Positions 46,057-55,946 of a stretch of 64,000 nucleotides of DNA are shown here, in pieces. This DNA is from Bacteroidota bacterium. Lineage in GTDB: Bacteria > Bacteroidota > Bacteroidia > AKYH767-A > OLB10. Location of the stretch: positions 29-64,028 of the forward strand of contig JBKCGZ010000207.1 in the NCBI GenBank assembly GCA_046303115.1, written 5' to 3'. The translations under genes were made by a program, and so were the position numbers. Below the pieces are notes generated by a model, which was not told the DNA's origin, did no database searches, and saw only the letters and a list, made by a program, of their open reading frames with translations. Position 1 is the first letter of the stretch, and every line of letters starts with the position of its first letter.

Positions 46057-47748
46057 TTAACCACTCACTAAAACTTTCAATTTGGTGCCCACCTTCAACT
46101 CCGAAGACCTTAAATTATTGATATTCTTTATCATTTCGATTGTCACACCATTATATCTTTTAGCAATATTCCATAATGTATCACCAGGCTGAACTAAGTG
46201 ATATACATATTTCGGTTGCTTTACTTTAATTGTTGGGGTAACTTTTGCAACAACGGATGTGTCTGTTTTAGACTCAACATTTGTAATTAATGGACTTGTA
46301 TTCTTAGCACTAGTGTCAACTGTAGCAATATTATTTTGTGTCTGTTTTGGTTTATTTACAACTTGGTTGTTCTCAATTGGCACTTTTACTTTCACCGTAG
46401 CATTTACCGATAGCCGTTGACCTTTCAATAGATTATTAGATTTCAAACGATTCATTCGCTTTAATTCTGCGGAGGTCATTTTATACAAAGCCGCTACAGA
46501 AGCTACTGATTCATTCTTTCGAACGACATGGGTCTTTACAACTTTTTTGTCAACGTATTTATACAGCGCTTTTACTTCTTGATGCTCCGTTGTGTTTATA
46601 CCAGAGGAATCAGTTTGTTGGGCTATTGCTGTACTGTCAGAAATCGAGGTGTCACGAACAATCACTTTAGCAACAGGCATAACAGGCTTTGGGGGAGGGG
46701 TAGATAAAGCCAATATCTGCTCTTCCTTTGCCATGTAAAGAGCAATTTTATTAGTAGGTAAGCGAAGTGTATAACTCTCTTCTGTATCTGGAATATAGTT
46801 TTTCTTGTAAATTGGATTCAAGAATGAAATTACATCCAATGGTAAGTCGATTTGGGTTGCAAGTACATTAAAATTCACTTGCTTAGTCACATTTACTGTA
46901 TCTACCTGAAAGTATGAATAAGCTGGTGTAATCGGATATAAATTGTGCTCGCGCGAATAATTCATCACGTATGTTACTGCAATAAATGCCGGAACATAAC
47001 TTCTTGTTTCAGCAGGTAAAAACTGCATGATTTCCCAAAAATTCTTCTTACCTCCAGAACGTTTAATTGCTTTATTGACATTCCCCGCTCCACAATTATA
47101 CGATGCAATTACAAGCAACCAATCGCCATAAATCGAGTACATGTCTTTAAAGTATTTACAGGCTGCATAAGTTGATTTAACTGGATCACGACGATCATCT
47201 GTAAATGAATTCACCTTCAAATCGTAAATAATTCCCGTTGAGTACATAAACTGCCATAAACCTGTTGCTCCTACTCTTGAGACTGCTACTGGATTTAGTG
47301 CTGATTCAATAATCGATAAATATTTAAATTCTAACGGAAGGCCTTCTTTGTCTAACACCTCTTCGTACATTGGGAAATAGAGGTTAGATAGGCCCATTAC
47401 TCGTTGTGTTAAAGCCCTTCGCTTATAAGCGTACAGATCAATAAAATCCTTTACATAACGATTGTATGAAAGTGGAATTGGACAAGAAATTTTTGCCATC
47501 CTCTCGATATACTCCTGATCAGAAAAATAAGGAATCACACCCGTGTTAGCCATGCTAGCATTAAAACAGTTAGCATCTAAACAATTGAAACGAACAACAT
47601 GGTTTAATGTAACCAGACTATCCAACATACTCGAAATGGCTGAAATGTTTTGTGTTGAGTCGTTTATTTGTGCAACTGAGGAAGTTTTGCCTATCAGACA
47701 AAAGAAAATCACTAAAAATGCACTGCTTAACTTTTTCAATGAAAACAT
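46057..47748 (-). CDS. membrane-bound lytic murein transglycosylase (MltD-like) with two C-terminal LysM domains
   Basis: A signal peptide precedes an SLT catalytic region (SIIESALNP, GLWQFM, ASYNCGAGNV). The LysM repeats are HVVRKNESVASVAALYKM and YHLVQPGDTLWNIAKRY. Confidence 0.85.
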   Translation of the reverse strand: MFSLKKLSSAFLVIFFCLIGKTSSVAQINDSTQNISAISSMLDSLVTLNHVVRFNCLDANCFNASMANTGVIPYFSDQEYIERMAKISCPIPLSYNRYVKDFIDLYAYKRRALTQRVMGLSNLYFPMYEEVLDKEGLPLEFKYLSIIESALNPVAVSRVGATGLWQFMYSTGIIYDLKVNSFTDDRRDPVKSTYAACKYFKDMYSIYGDWLLVIASYNCGAGNVNKAIKRSGGKKNFWEIMQFLPAETRSYVPAFIAVTYVMNYSREHNLYPITPAYSYFQVDTVNVTKQVNFNVLATQIDLPLDVISFLNPIYKKNYIPDTEESYTLRLPTNKIALYMAKEEQILALSTPPPKPVMPVAKVIVRDTSISDSTAIAQQTDSSGINTTEHQEVKALYKYVDKKVVKTHVVRKNESVASVAALYKMTSAELKRMNRLKSNNLLKGQRLSVNATVKVKVPIENNQVVNKPKQTQNNIATVDTSAKNTSPLITNVESKTDTSVVAKVTPTIKVKQPKYVYHLVQPGDTLWNIAKRYNGVTIEMIKNINNLRSSELKVGTKLKVLVSG

Positions 47749-47949
47749 TCTACTTTACTATGTTGGATTATAGATTAAACACTTGAAACTAATCAATAAT
47801 TGAAGTAATTAACAACTTTGAATTGAATTACACTTTTTAAGAAAACTAGAAGACGACTGAATATCAGTATAATACAGTTAGTCTTAAATTGCCTCAGTCA
47901 CAAATTTAGGGAAAAAGATTAAAAAAAAGTGAATAAAGTATGAAGAGCT

Positions 47950-49020
47950 TTATTCAGCCATTTTTACACTGTCTTGCTGCGTACGAAAAATGAGCTTTAA
48001 AAAATAAGGTAACGTGCAAAACAAAACCGCCATAGCTAACAAAATATAAAGTAAATACAGACTTGAAATATTACGAAGCAACATTGCTGTTGTAATAAAG
48101 ACAATATTGATTATATACAAGGTTAACGTAGCTTCTCTATGTGTCATTCCTAAATCAAGTAAATTATGATGGATATGATTTCTATCTGCTTCAAAAGGAG
48201 ATTTTCCATTTAGTATCCGTACCATGAAAATTCTGAAAGTATCTGCCAACGGAATAATTAAAATTGCTATGGCCATAGCAGGACTTGATCGGAAAGGAAA
48301 TTCAAATGGCAATGATTCAAAACTTAACCCTATGAATTTAATGGCCAACACTGATAAAATTAATCCAACAACAAGCGACCCCGTATCTCCCATAAAAATA
48401 GACGCAGGATTGAAATTATAGATTAAGAATGCTATCAATGAACTGAACAAAGCAAACGACAAAATACATAACCCCATATTTCCGTAATTATAAAACCATA
48501 ATCCGAAAGTAAATGAGGCTATCGCACCGATACCACCTGCTAGTCCATCAATTCCATCAATTAAATTGTATGCATTAATGATTGTTAGAATTGTCAAAAT
48601 GGAAAGACCTACACTAAACCAATACGGAATTTGATAAACACCAAATATTCCACATAAACTGGTAATACGAATATTAGCAAAAAATACGACGATAATAGCC
48701 GCTAATACCTGGCCTATCAGTTTTTTGTGAGGCGTGAGATTATAAAGATCATCTTTAATTCCAATAAAGAACATGACAATAATCGCGGCAATAATGTATT
48801 GCGAAATACTTGACTCAATACTTGCTGAACAAAATGTATAGGAAAAAACGGTTCCTGCAAATATTGCTAATCCACCAAGGGTTGGGAGATTTTGTGCATG
48901 TTTCTTTCTTTCACATGGTTCATCGAACAATCCTTTCAACACCGAAACCCTGATAATTGCAGGAATGGCGAAAAAAGTGATGATGAACGCAATCGAAGAT
49001 GAAAGTAAAATTTTAAACAT
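47950..49020 (-). CDS. MraY/WecA-family polyprenyl-phosphate sugar-1-phosphate transferase (glycosyltransferase family 4)
   Basis: About 10 TM segments are present, with NLIDGIDGLA, the DTGS-type motif MGDTGSL, and GKSPFEADRNHIHH. Confidence 0.85.
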   Translation of the reverse strand: MFKILLSSSIAFIITFFAIPAIIRVSVLKGLFDEPCERKKHAQNLPTLGGLAIFAGTVFSYTFCSASIESSISQYIIAAIIVMFFIGIKDDLYNLTPHKKLIGQVLAAIIVVFFANIRITSLCGIFGVYQIPYWFSVGLSILTILTIINAYNLIDGIDGLAGGIGAIASFTFGLWFYNYGNMGLCILSFALFSSLIAFLIYNFNPASIFMGDTGSLVVGLILSVLAIKFIGLSFESLPFEFPFRSSPAMAIAILIIPLADTFRIFMVRILNGKSPFEADRNHIHHNLLDLGMTHREATLTLYIINIVFITTAMLLRNISSLYLLYILLAMAVLFCTLPYFLKLIFRTQQDSVKMAE

Positions 49021-49198
49021 GCAATTATTTAATTCTATTTATGCTAAAATATCTAATTGAAAATTGATATGAATTTAATTTTTGCCAACCGACCAATATA
49101 ATTGGTGAATCAACAATTTTTAAACTCAAAGCCTTTTAACTGCATTTAAATAAAATTGTTTCAGACCTAGCCACTGAATACACTCGATTGATTTATTT

Positions 49199-49975
49199 CT
49201 AGTTTCCAGTAAATATCGCCTTACGCTTACCCAAAAAGGCTTCCGTTCCTTCTTTAAAATCGTTAGTAACGAAGCAAGCACCAAAGCGCTCAACTTCTGT
49301 ATTAAAACCGTCTGAATTTTTATCGTAAGAAGCATTTACAGTTGTAACAATCTCAGCAATAGCCAGCGGAGCCATATCAATTATCTTATTCAAAATCTCT
49401 TCGCATTTGGCAATCAGATTATCCTGAGGCACTACATGATTCACCAATCCTAATCGATGCGCTTCATTCGCATCAATCACATCAGCCGTCATTAATAATT
49501 CCATTGCTTTGCTTTTACCAACCAACATTGGTAAGCGTTGCGTTCCGCCGTAGCCTGGTATCAAACCTAACTTCACTTCTGGCTGCCCAAACTTTGCATT
49601 TTCTGCAGCTACGCGCATATGACAAGCCATCGCTAATTCACATCCTCCACCTAATGCAAATCCGTTAACCGCTGCAATCACAGGTTTACCACATGCTTCA
49701 ATAGAATTAAATACTGCGTGACCGTGAGCTGACAGCGCCTTGCCTTCTTCCAACGAATAAGCAGCGAACTCACTAATATCGGCACCAGCCACAAATGCTT
49801 TCGTGCCTGCACCCGTTAAAATAATTCCTCCAACGCTATTATCATTCGCAGCAGCATTGATAGCTACTCCAATTTCAGCGATCGTATTTTTATTTAATGC
49901 ATTTAATTTATCAGGGCGGTTAACCGTAATAATTAAAATTTTTCCTTTTTGCTCTGTTGTAATATTCTGATACAT
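49199..49975 (-). CDS. enoyl-CoA hydratase/isomerase (crotonase family)
   Basis: ITVNRPDKLNALN, FVAGADISEF, NGFALGGGCELAMACH and PEVKLGLIPGYGGTQRL are present. Confidence 0.9.
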   Translation of the reverse strand: MYQNITTEQKGKILIITVNRPDKLNALNKNTIAEIGVAINAAANDNSVGGIILTGAGTKAFVAGADISEFAAYSLEEGKALSAHGHAVFNSIEACGKPVIAAVNGFALGGGCELAMACHMRVAAENAKFGQPEVKLGLIPGYGGTQRLPMLVGKSKAMELLMTADVIDANEAHRLGLVNHVVPQDNLIAKCEEILNKIIDMAPLAIAEIVTTVNASYDKNSDGFNTEVERFGACFVTNDFKEGTEAFLGKRKAIFTGN

Positions 49976-49980
49976 AAAAA

Positions 49981-50385
49981 TTATCTTCTGTTTTTATTTA
50001 CCCAATCGGTGATGTAATTAATAATGGTTTTAGTGTCGGTGCCTGGTGCGAATAATTCTCCGCATCCCATTTCTATCAGCTTTTTCATATCTGCATCCGG
50101 AATAATTCCACCGCCGGTAAGTAACACATCATTCAATGATTTTTCTTTCATTAAATTTAAAATCTTTGGAAAGACTGTCATGTGTGCACCTGATAAAATG
50201 CTAACGCCAATTACATCAACATCTTCTTGTAAAGCTGCATTCACTACCATTTCTGGGGTTTGGCGAAGTCCAGTATAGATTACTTCCATTCCTGCATCAC
50301 GCAAAAAAGAAGCAATCACTTTTGCTCCGCGATCGTGACCGTCTAATCCTACTTTTGCAATTAAAACTCGAATAGGTCTGTTCAT
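49981..50385 (-). CDS. stand-alone cobalamin (B12)-binding domain protein (methylmalonyl-CoA-mutase C-terminal-domain type)
   Basis: [19 protein letters not shown] carries the DxHxxG motif, with SILSGAH and GGGIIP also present. Length is 134 aa. Confidence 0.9.
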   Translation of the reverse strand: MNRPIRVLIAKVGLDGHDRGAKVIASFLRDAGMEVIYTGLRQTPEMVVNAALQEDVDVIGVSILSGAHMTVFPKILNLMKEKSLNDVLLTGGGIIPDADMKKLIEMGCGELFAPGTDTKTIINYITDWVNKNRR

Positions 50386-50420
50386 TCTACAAAAATGATA
50401 AAATAATTCATACTACCCGA

Positions 50421-50455
50421 TGCAAAAAACAAAGAGGAGCAAAAATTTGCTCCTC
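50421..50455 (-). terminator. rho-independent terminator ending the three-gene secreted-protein operon
   Basis: A 9-bp stem gaggagcaa/ttgctcctc is followed by tttgtttttt on the minus strand. Confidence 0.7.
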
Positions 50456-50469
50456 CTGACCTGAAATAC

Positions 50470-51330
50470 TTATACTGCTACTGACCGTTCATCTATTTTT
50501 ACTCCTGCATCATTTTCAATCACAATTTTATAATCGCCTTTGGCTATGTCTGACAGATTTATATTTAATGGAATTGTGCATTGCCCTGCCGCTTGATTTA
50601 AGATCGCATAAATTGTTTTGATGGATTTCCCTTCTTGATCATACAATTTTACCTGGATGTTAGAAGGCTGTGATAACACCACTTGCATTTCTCCTTGAAT
50701 CAAGGTAGGTACATTCGAAAATTCCATATCATTACCCGTTTGTGAAGGAGCATAATGTTTTTGATACCACGGGAAATCTACATTTTCATTTTTACAAACC
50801 CATTTTACAAACTCTTTTTCTTTATCGTTGTCTGTAATAATGGTATTTAAACTATGTCCGTTGGTATAATGCCAAACCAGTTGCTGCGCTAAATAGTTAT
50901 CGTTGATGCGTCGGTTATTTAATTCAGTTAACGCTTGAACTAATAAAGGCGCTCCCATACTTGTGCGACCAAAGTTAGTATCGTGACCAGGACAACGTGC
51001 AGTACTATTACCACAACGTGCGTATATCATAACATCTTCTTGTCCGTGCGGATCTAATGCAATAATAGAAGGACGAGTTACCACATACGGTTGTATGTCT
51101 TGCGTTGCATAAAATATTCTTCCAGCTTCTAACTGTACGTTGATCGGATTATTCGAATTGTTGTTTAATTCTAAATCCATTGATCGGTTGGCCACATAAT
51201 CTGTAGTAATCTTGTAGGAGATCAATCCACGTTTCATCGCATCTTCAAATGTTACGAGTGTAGTTCCGAAGGAAGCAGTAGAGATGACACACCCAATCAT
51301 CGCTACGATTAGCTTCAAGTTGTTTTTCAT
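50470..51330 (-). CDS. secreted hypothetical protein (286 aa)
   Basis: A signal peptide (IVAMIGCVISTASFG) and a Cys-containing segment YARCGNSTARCPGHD are present. I recognise no family. It is the last gene of a tightly spaced three-gene set. Confidence 0.65.
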   Translation of the reverse strand: MKNNLKLIVAMIGCVISTASFGTTLVTFEDAMKRGLISYKITTDYVANRSMDLELNNNSNNPINVQLEAGRIFYATQDIQPYVVTRPSIIALDPHGQEDVMIYARCGNSTARCPGHDTNFGRTSMGAPLLVQALTELNNRRINDNYLAQQLVWHYTNGHSLNTIITDNDKEKEFVKWVCKNENVDFPWYQKHYAPSQTGNDMEFSNVPTLIQGEMQVVLSQPSNIQVKLYDQEGKSIKTIYAILNQAAGQCTIPLNINLSDIAKGDYKIVIENDAGVKIDERSVAV

Positions 51331-51335
51331 AGTCT

Positions 51336-52061
51336 TTATTTATTAGATAAGATTTGTTTTTCAAGAAGGTCACTACGACCGATTTTTAAATTAACAGTTT
51401 CATTTTTATCGAACCCTTCACGTAAATCAATATGCGCTCCAATCAAATTATTTTTTAGTGTAAACTGTTTCCCTTCCTTATCGATGAGTTCTACATCGAT
51501 ATATCCTGCAAATTGTAAATCAGTAATTGGAATTGTTACGCTCGAAGCAGGTGAAGTATACAATGCATTGTAAGCAGTAGAAGGATTTTTCTGCGCGATA
51601 CTTACTGTTTGTATTTTACATCCTGATGGCGCTTTGATTTTTAATCCGCTGTTTAATTTTTCATCTGGATAAAAAAATCCATATACGCCCGGACAATTTA
51701 CATAGGCGTAATAAGCACCGTTCTTTTTATTTCTATCGATTCGGAATTTAGGAGTAGATTCTTTCACCCAACGCTTTTTTTGAATATCCCATTGATACCA
51801 AGTTAAATTTTTGAATTCCATTTTTGAGTCAGCATTGAGTTTTACCTCTACTGGATTATCTAAACATCTTTTTCCATTGATGGTAAGTTCACATACGCTT
51901 ATCGCATTAATCATTTTATTTTTATCATCCAGCGTAGAATATTTCGCACTCCATTCATCGAATGATAAAATGCGTAAATCGGATGTTTCGTTGATTGTTT
52001 GACAAATAACACCTGTGTTATTTAAAAAGCAAACTGCAAATAAGAAAGCCCATTTTTTCAT
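51336..52061 (-). CDS. secreted hypothetical protein (241 aa)
   Basis: The signal peptide is MKKWAFLFAVCFLNNTGVICQ. It lies 5 nt upstream of the next gene and 1 nt after the previous one. Confidence 0.65.
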   Translation of the reverse strand: MKKWAFLFAVCFLNNTGVICQTINETSDLRILSFDEWSAKYSTLDDKNKMINAISVCELTINGKRCLDNPVEVKLNADSKMEFKNLTWYQWDIQKKRWVKESTPKFRIDRNKKNGAYYAYVNCPGVYGFFYPDEKLNSGLKIKAPSGCKIQTVSIAQKNPSTAYNALYTSPASSVTIPITDLQFAGYIDVELIDKEGKQFTLKNNLIGAHIDLREGFDKNETVNLKIGRSDLLEKQILSNK

Positions 52062-52062
52062 A

Positions 52063-53268
52063 TTACTTAATGTGTTTAAGGGTTACTGTTTTTTCATTAT
52101 CAAAATCATTGTACACCTGATATCCTTTCTCCGGAAAATTCACTTTTAATCCGTGTACTACTCCATAATTTTTTGTTGCCTTTTTTATTTTGAACTCATG
52201 TCCTACCATATGCTCCCAATCTTGCACGCCGCTATACTTTATATTCCCATTTTGATCGATGATGGAATATTGCACTGTAATATCGTTGCTTAACTTCGGA
52301 AGTAAAAACAACATACTTGTTCCACCATTTACAGGCGTTCCTTCCCAGGAAGAATAAACACTTTTTTGAATGATAGCCGAGGTAAATGCTGTTCCTTTGG
52401 GAGCGCGAATTAACACTGCATTTTTATTTTGATCAAGTGCAAGTATTCGATAGTATCCAGAAGAAACAACAGGGCAACATAAAAATGATTGTCGCTCGCT
52501 GATTGCTTTTTTCGGATATTGAAATTGAGCGGGTAGCCACATCCGTGAGTTATTATCGAAATACTCCATGGTTAGTAGTTTCATCGACATTGTTGATTTA
52601 TACGGAATCAAAACTTCATCAATGATTGAATCATTGGCCGACTTATCCAATCTAAAAAAGGCTAGTATACCAGCTGCATCTGCGGTGTTATATTTCTCTA
52701 CCGTTTCACTGAATTTCTCATTGTTGTTGTAAGGATCAATGGAGCGAACAGTAGGTTGCGATGGCTTTAATAGGTAATCACAGATTCTGTATTTTAGAAA
52801 ATAGCCATTCTCTAATTTAATGGTAGTGTCTTGAAAACAGAGTGGATCCGGATTAAATACTAGTGTAGTTGGATCTTTTTTCTCTTTGCCAATCACTTTA
52901 TAATACAGTAATACTTCTCCTTTTGTAACTGCTCGTGCTGGTTTATAATTAGAGAGTGCTGCTAATTCTTGCGTTACACTTGTGGGAGGAATTCCTTCTG
53001 CTAATAATAAAAAACAAACTTTGTCGGCAGTCTTTTTATCTCTATCATCTGCATAAACCACCGTTACATAATCGGCGGTAAACATTTCGTTAGAGGCTTC
53101 TCTGATTAAAACAATTGCATTTGAATCGAGAATTGTTGGATTTCTTCCAACATCGACAGTTATCGTTTTAAAGACTTTGGTGGTATCGCTCGCTAGGCAG
53201 GCGTTCGATAAAATGCTCCATACAATTAGTACGAACATTACTGCGTAAACTTTTCTTTGTCGTTTCAT
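52063..53268 (-). CDS. hypothetical lipoprotein/secreted protein (401 aa)
   Basis: The signal sequence carries a possible lipobox (ILSNAC). Its C-terminal part loosely resembles the 241-aa neighbour (GYY...APKG/APSG...IQK/AQK). Confidence 0.65.
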   Translation of the reverse strand: MKRQRKVYAVMFVLIVWSILSNACLASDTTKVFKTITVDVGRNPTILDSNAIVLIREASNEMFTADYVTVVYADDRDKKTADKVCFLLLAEGIPPTSVTQELAALSNYKPARAVTKGEVLLYYKVIGKEKKDPTTLVFNPDPLCFQDTTIKLENGYFLKYRICDYLLKPSQPTVRSIDPYNNNEKFSETVEKYNTADAAGILAFFRLDKSANDSIIDEVLIPYKSTMSMKLLTMEYFDNNSRMWLPAQFQYPKKAISERQSFLCCPVVSSGYYRILALDQNKNAVLIRAPKGTAFTSAIIQKSVYSSWEGTPVNGGTSMLFLLPKLSNDITVQYSIIDQNGNIKYSGVQDWEHMVGHEFKIKKATKNYGVVHGLKVNFPEKGYQVYNDFDNEKTVTLKHIK

Positions 53269-53409
53269 ACAATATAAGTTTAAAGGTTTGACAAATTTTT
53301 CAGGCAGTAAATGTTCAGTCCATGCAGTGGATATTTTTTAGGATTAGAAAATGAATTGAATTAATGTGGTTAACGAAATATTAACGCAGGATGTTGATTA
53401 TATATTGTG

Positions 53410-54111
53410 TTAAAATCCCGTTTGACTTTCATCGGGTTTAAAAGGTGAGTCTTGCTGATGCAGTTTAATTGCTTTTTTAGAGAGATAATATCCAGCAATT
53501 AACGAAACGGTAGCACCGCCATATATTCCAAAATTATCTCCATTGAAAATAAAGAAGTCGTACAATCCGTGTAAAACAGAAGCCGCTATCAAACCTAAGG
53601 TGCCAAAACCTTTTTTATTATAAAATTTCTGAATACCTAAAAAATATCCAATGATTACTGCAAAAAACGCATGCGCTGGAACTGCTGTAAACATCCGAAG
53701 AAATGCGACTCCCATTCCGTGATTAAAAACATACATGATATTTTCTGCAGTTGCAAATCCCATACTCACCATCACTGAATAGGTAATTCCATCAAAGGGC
53801 TCATCGAAATAATCACTGCGGTAGGCAAATCGTCGAGTAAAAAAATATTTCGATCCTTCTTCCATCAAACCAATTCCAACAATACAAGAAATTAAACCTT
53901 CTGCGATATTAGTAGATGAATTTTGTAGTCCGGATGTTTGAAATAACAACTCTAAAATAATAGCAGGAATAATACTAACAACTCCTAAAAAAAACGACTT
54001 TATAATCAATGGCATTGGCTCACGATCATATTTATCCTGCCAGAAAATATAATAGGCAATGGCTAACCCTGGCGCTATAGCCAATCCTAAAAGAATTAAA
54101 TAATGATTCAT
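53410..54111 (-). CDS. PrsW-family intramembrane protease
   Basis: The protein is polytopic with about 7 TM segments. The conserved motifs are EExxK (MEEGSKY) and HxxYD (LHGLYDF). Confidence 0.8.
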   Translation of the reverse strand: MNHYLILLGLAIAPGLAIAYYIFWQDKYDREPMPLIIKSFFLGVVSIIPAIILELLFQTSGLQNSSTNIAEGLISCIVGIGLMEEGSKYFFTRRFAYRSDYFDEPFDGITYSVMVSMGFATAENIMYVFNHGMGVAFLRMFTAVPAHAFFAVIIGYFLGIQKFYNKKGFGTLGLIAASVLHGLYDFFIFNGDNFGIYGGATVSLIAGYYLSKKAIKLHQQDSPFKPDESQTGF

Positions 54112-54311
54112 AATAAGTCTGATTTTATTTTTTTATTCATGTATCGATGTGCTTTGTCCACTACTATTGCGTAGCTCTTTCCCTCGAAAAAAACATTTTC
54201 TTCCTGTTGGTGTTTATCATCCAATGCTAAAGTAAAAAGTCCGTCATCATCCATCGTCAAAGTAATTGCATACTTTAGCAAAATCTGTTTAAGCTTCGTA
54301 GTGTTACGCAT
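54108..54311 (-). CDS. small hypothetical protein (67 aa), translationally coupled to the PrsW-family gene
   Basis: Its stop overlaps the PrsW start (ATGA). Only 38 nt separate it from the divergent SDR gene, so the call is uncertain. Confidence 0.45.
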   Translation of the reverse strand: MRNTTKLKQILLKYAITLTMDDDGLFTLALDDKHQQEENVFFEGKSYAIVVDKAHRYMNKKIKSDLL

Positions 54312-54349
54312 GACTAAATATAATTAATAATAAAACACAATTCTCATTC

Positions 54350-55369
54350 ATGAAAAATATTTTTATTTCCGGTGCCTCTGGATTTATCGGAACTCACATT
54401 GTAATCGAAGGATTAAAAAGAGGTTGTACCATTACAGGCACAACGCGTTCGATGCACAAAGAAGGTGTGTTAAGAGAAATTGTGAGTGCACATTTAGGAG
54501 AAGAAGCATTATCCCGTTTAATCATTTACTACTGTGATTTAAATTCTCCGGATGGATGGGCTGACGCGATGAAAGGATGTGATGCGGTATTGCATGTGGC
54601 CTCGCCTTTTCCAATGGGATTGCCCAAACATGAAGATGACTTGATTCTTCCTGCACGCAATGGAGTGAAACATGTTTTTGAGGCTGCATTAAAAAATAAT
54701 ATTCATCGTATTGTTCAAACGTCTTCTATTGCAGCAATCATGTACGGACATGAAAAGGGAAGAACCATATTTGATGAACACGATTTTACGAATCTCGAGG
54801 GAGGAATGATAACTCCTTATACAAAAAGTAAAACGTTAGCGGAGCAAGATGTATGGAAGTATGCGAAGCAACATCCTGAATTAAAAGTAAGTGTTATCAA
54901 TCCCGGATTTGTATTAGGTCCGTTGTTGAATAAAGAAATAGGAACAAGTGCAGATGTTGTGTTAAAATTGATGAAAGGCGAATTTCCAGGAGTGCCGAAA
55001 TTAGGATTTCCGATAGTAGATGTGAGAGATGTTGCAGCGGCGCATTACAATGCATTAGAGAATGAAAACAGCATTGGACATCGTTATGCAGCAGTAGCAG
55101 AATCGCTTTGGTTTAAAGATATTGCTAATGCTATTTTAGCATCGCATCCAACGTATCATAAAAAAGTGAAAGCGCGTGAACTTCCTAACTGGTTTATTAA
55201 AATTTTCTCCTTGTTTGATAAACCTACACGAATGATCCTTGATGAGCTCGGATTTTGTGCGGTTATCAGCAATCAAAAAATGAAAACTGATTTAAAGATA
55301 AATCCTATTTCATCGAAAGATGCAATACAAGCAACAGCTAGTTCGCTCGTTGAATTGAAATTAGTGTAG
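54350..55369 (+). CDS. NAD(P)-dependent extended SDR (aldehyde reductase / dihydroflavonol-reductase-like)
   Basis: The Rossmann motif GASGFIGTH and the catalytic YTKSK (YxxxK) are present. Length is 339 aa. Confidence 0.85.
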   Translation: MKNIFISGASGFIGTHIVIEGLKRGCTITGTTRSMHKEGVLREIVSAHLGEEALSRLIIYYCDLNSPDGWADAMKGCDAVLHVASPFPMGLPKHEDDLILPARNGVKHVFEAALKNNIHRIVQTSSIAAIMYGHEKGRTIFDEHDFTNLEGGMITPYTKSKTLAEQDVWKYAKQHPELKVSVINPGFVLGPLLNKEIGTSADVVLKLMKGEFPGVPKLGFPIVDVRDVAAAHYNALENENSIGHRYAAVAESLWFKDIANAILASHPTYHKKVKARELPNWFIKIFSLFDKPTRMILDELGFCAVISNQKMKTDLKINPISSKDAIQATASSLVELKLV

Positions 55370-55392
55370 ATTAAAATACTCATCAAAAAAAT

Positions 55393-55400
55393 TAACTTTG
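55393..55400 (+). promoter_or_regulatory. -7 promoter element (TAnnTTTG) for the phnA-like gene
   Basis: TAACTTTG lies 12 nt upstream of the ATG at 55413. Confidence 0.45.
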
Positions 55401-55412
55401 CAAAAATTTTAA

Positions 55413-55946
55413 ATGATGAGTTGTGAACTATGTGGTTCTGACGAGAACCTTAACCAGCATGCTATTGCTCCCGATGGTGCAAAATCGATTTTAATCTGCG
55501 ATAAATGTGCGCGTCAAATTGAGAAGAAAGAAGAGTTAGATGCAACACACTGGACTTGCTTAAAAGACAGTATGTGGAGTGAGAATCCAACAGTGCAAGT
55601 AGTAGCTTGGAGAATGCTGAATCGTTTGAAGAACGAAACATGGGCAGCTGACGCAATCGACATGATGTATTTAGATGATGACATGATGGAATATGCAAAA
55701 GCAACGAACGATCATTTAGAAAGTGATGGCGATGGAATACACCGCGATTGCAATGGTGCTATTTTATTGGCAGGTGATTCAGTAACGTTGATTAAATCGT
55801 TGGATGTAAAAGGATCATCGGTGCAAGCGAAAATTGGAACAGCCGTTCGTAATATCAAATTAGTTCACGACAATACGGAACAGATAGAAGGAAAAATCGA
55901 CGGACAGCAGATTGTTATTTTAACGAAGTACGTAAAGAAGTCGTAG
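55413..55946 (+). CDS. phnA: PhnA-family zinc-ribbon protein
   Basis: An N-terminal CxxC...CxxC ribbon (CELCGS...CDKC) is followed by a C-terminal PhnA domain (DSVTLIKSLDVKGSS...IKLV...IEGKIDGQQIVILTKYVKK). Confidence 0.8.
   Translation: MMSCELCGSDENLNQHAIAPDGAKSILICDKCARQIEKKEELDATHWTCLKDSMWSENPTVQVVAWRMLNRLKNETWAADAIDMMYLDDDMMEYAKATNDHLESDGDGIHRDCNGAILLAGDSVTLIKSLDVKGSSVQAKIGTAVRNIKLVHDNTEQIEGKIDGQQIVILTKYVKKS

Noticed and set aside
49126-49335. 69-aa minus-strand ORF overlapping the 3' end of the crotonase gene
   Set aside because: It overlaps a strongly supported CDS out of frame and extends into an intergenic region without start signals.
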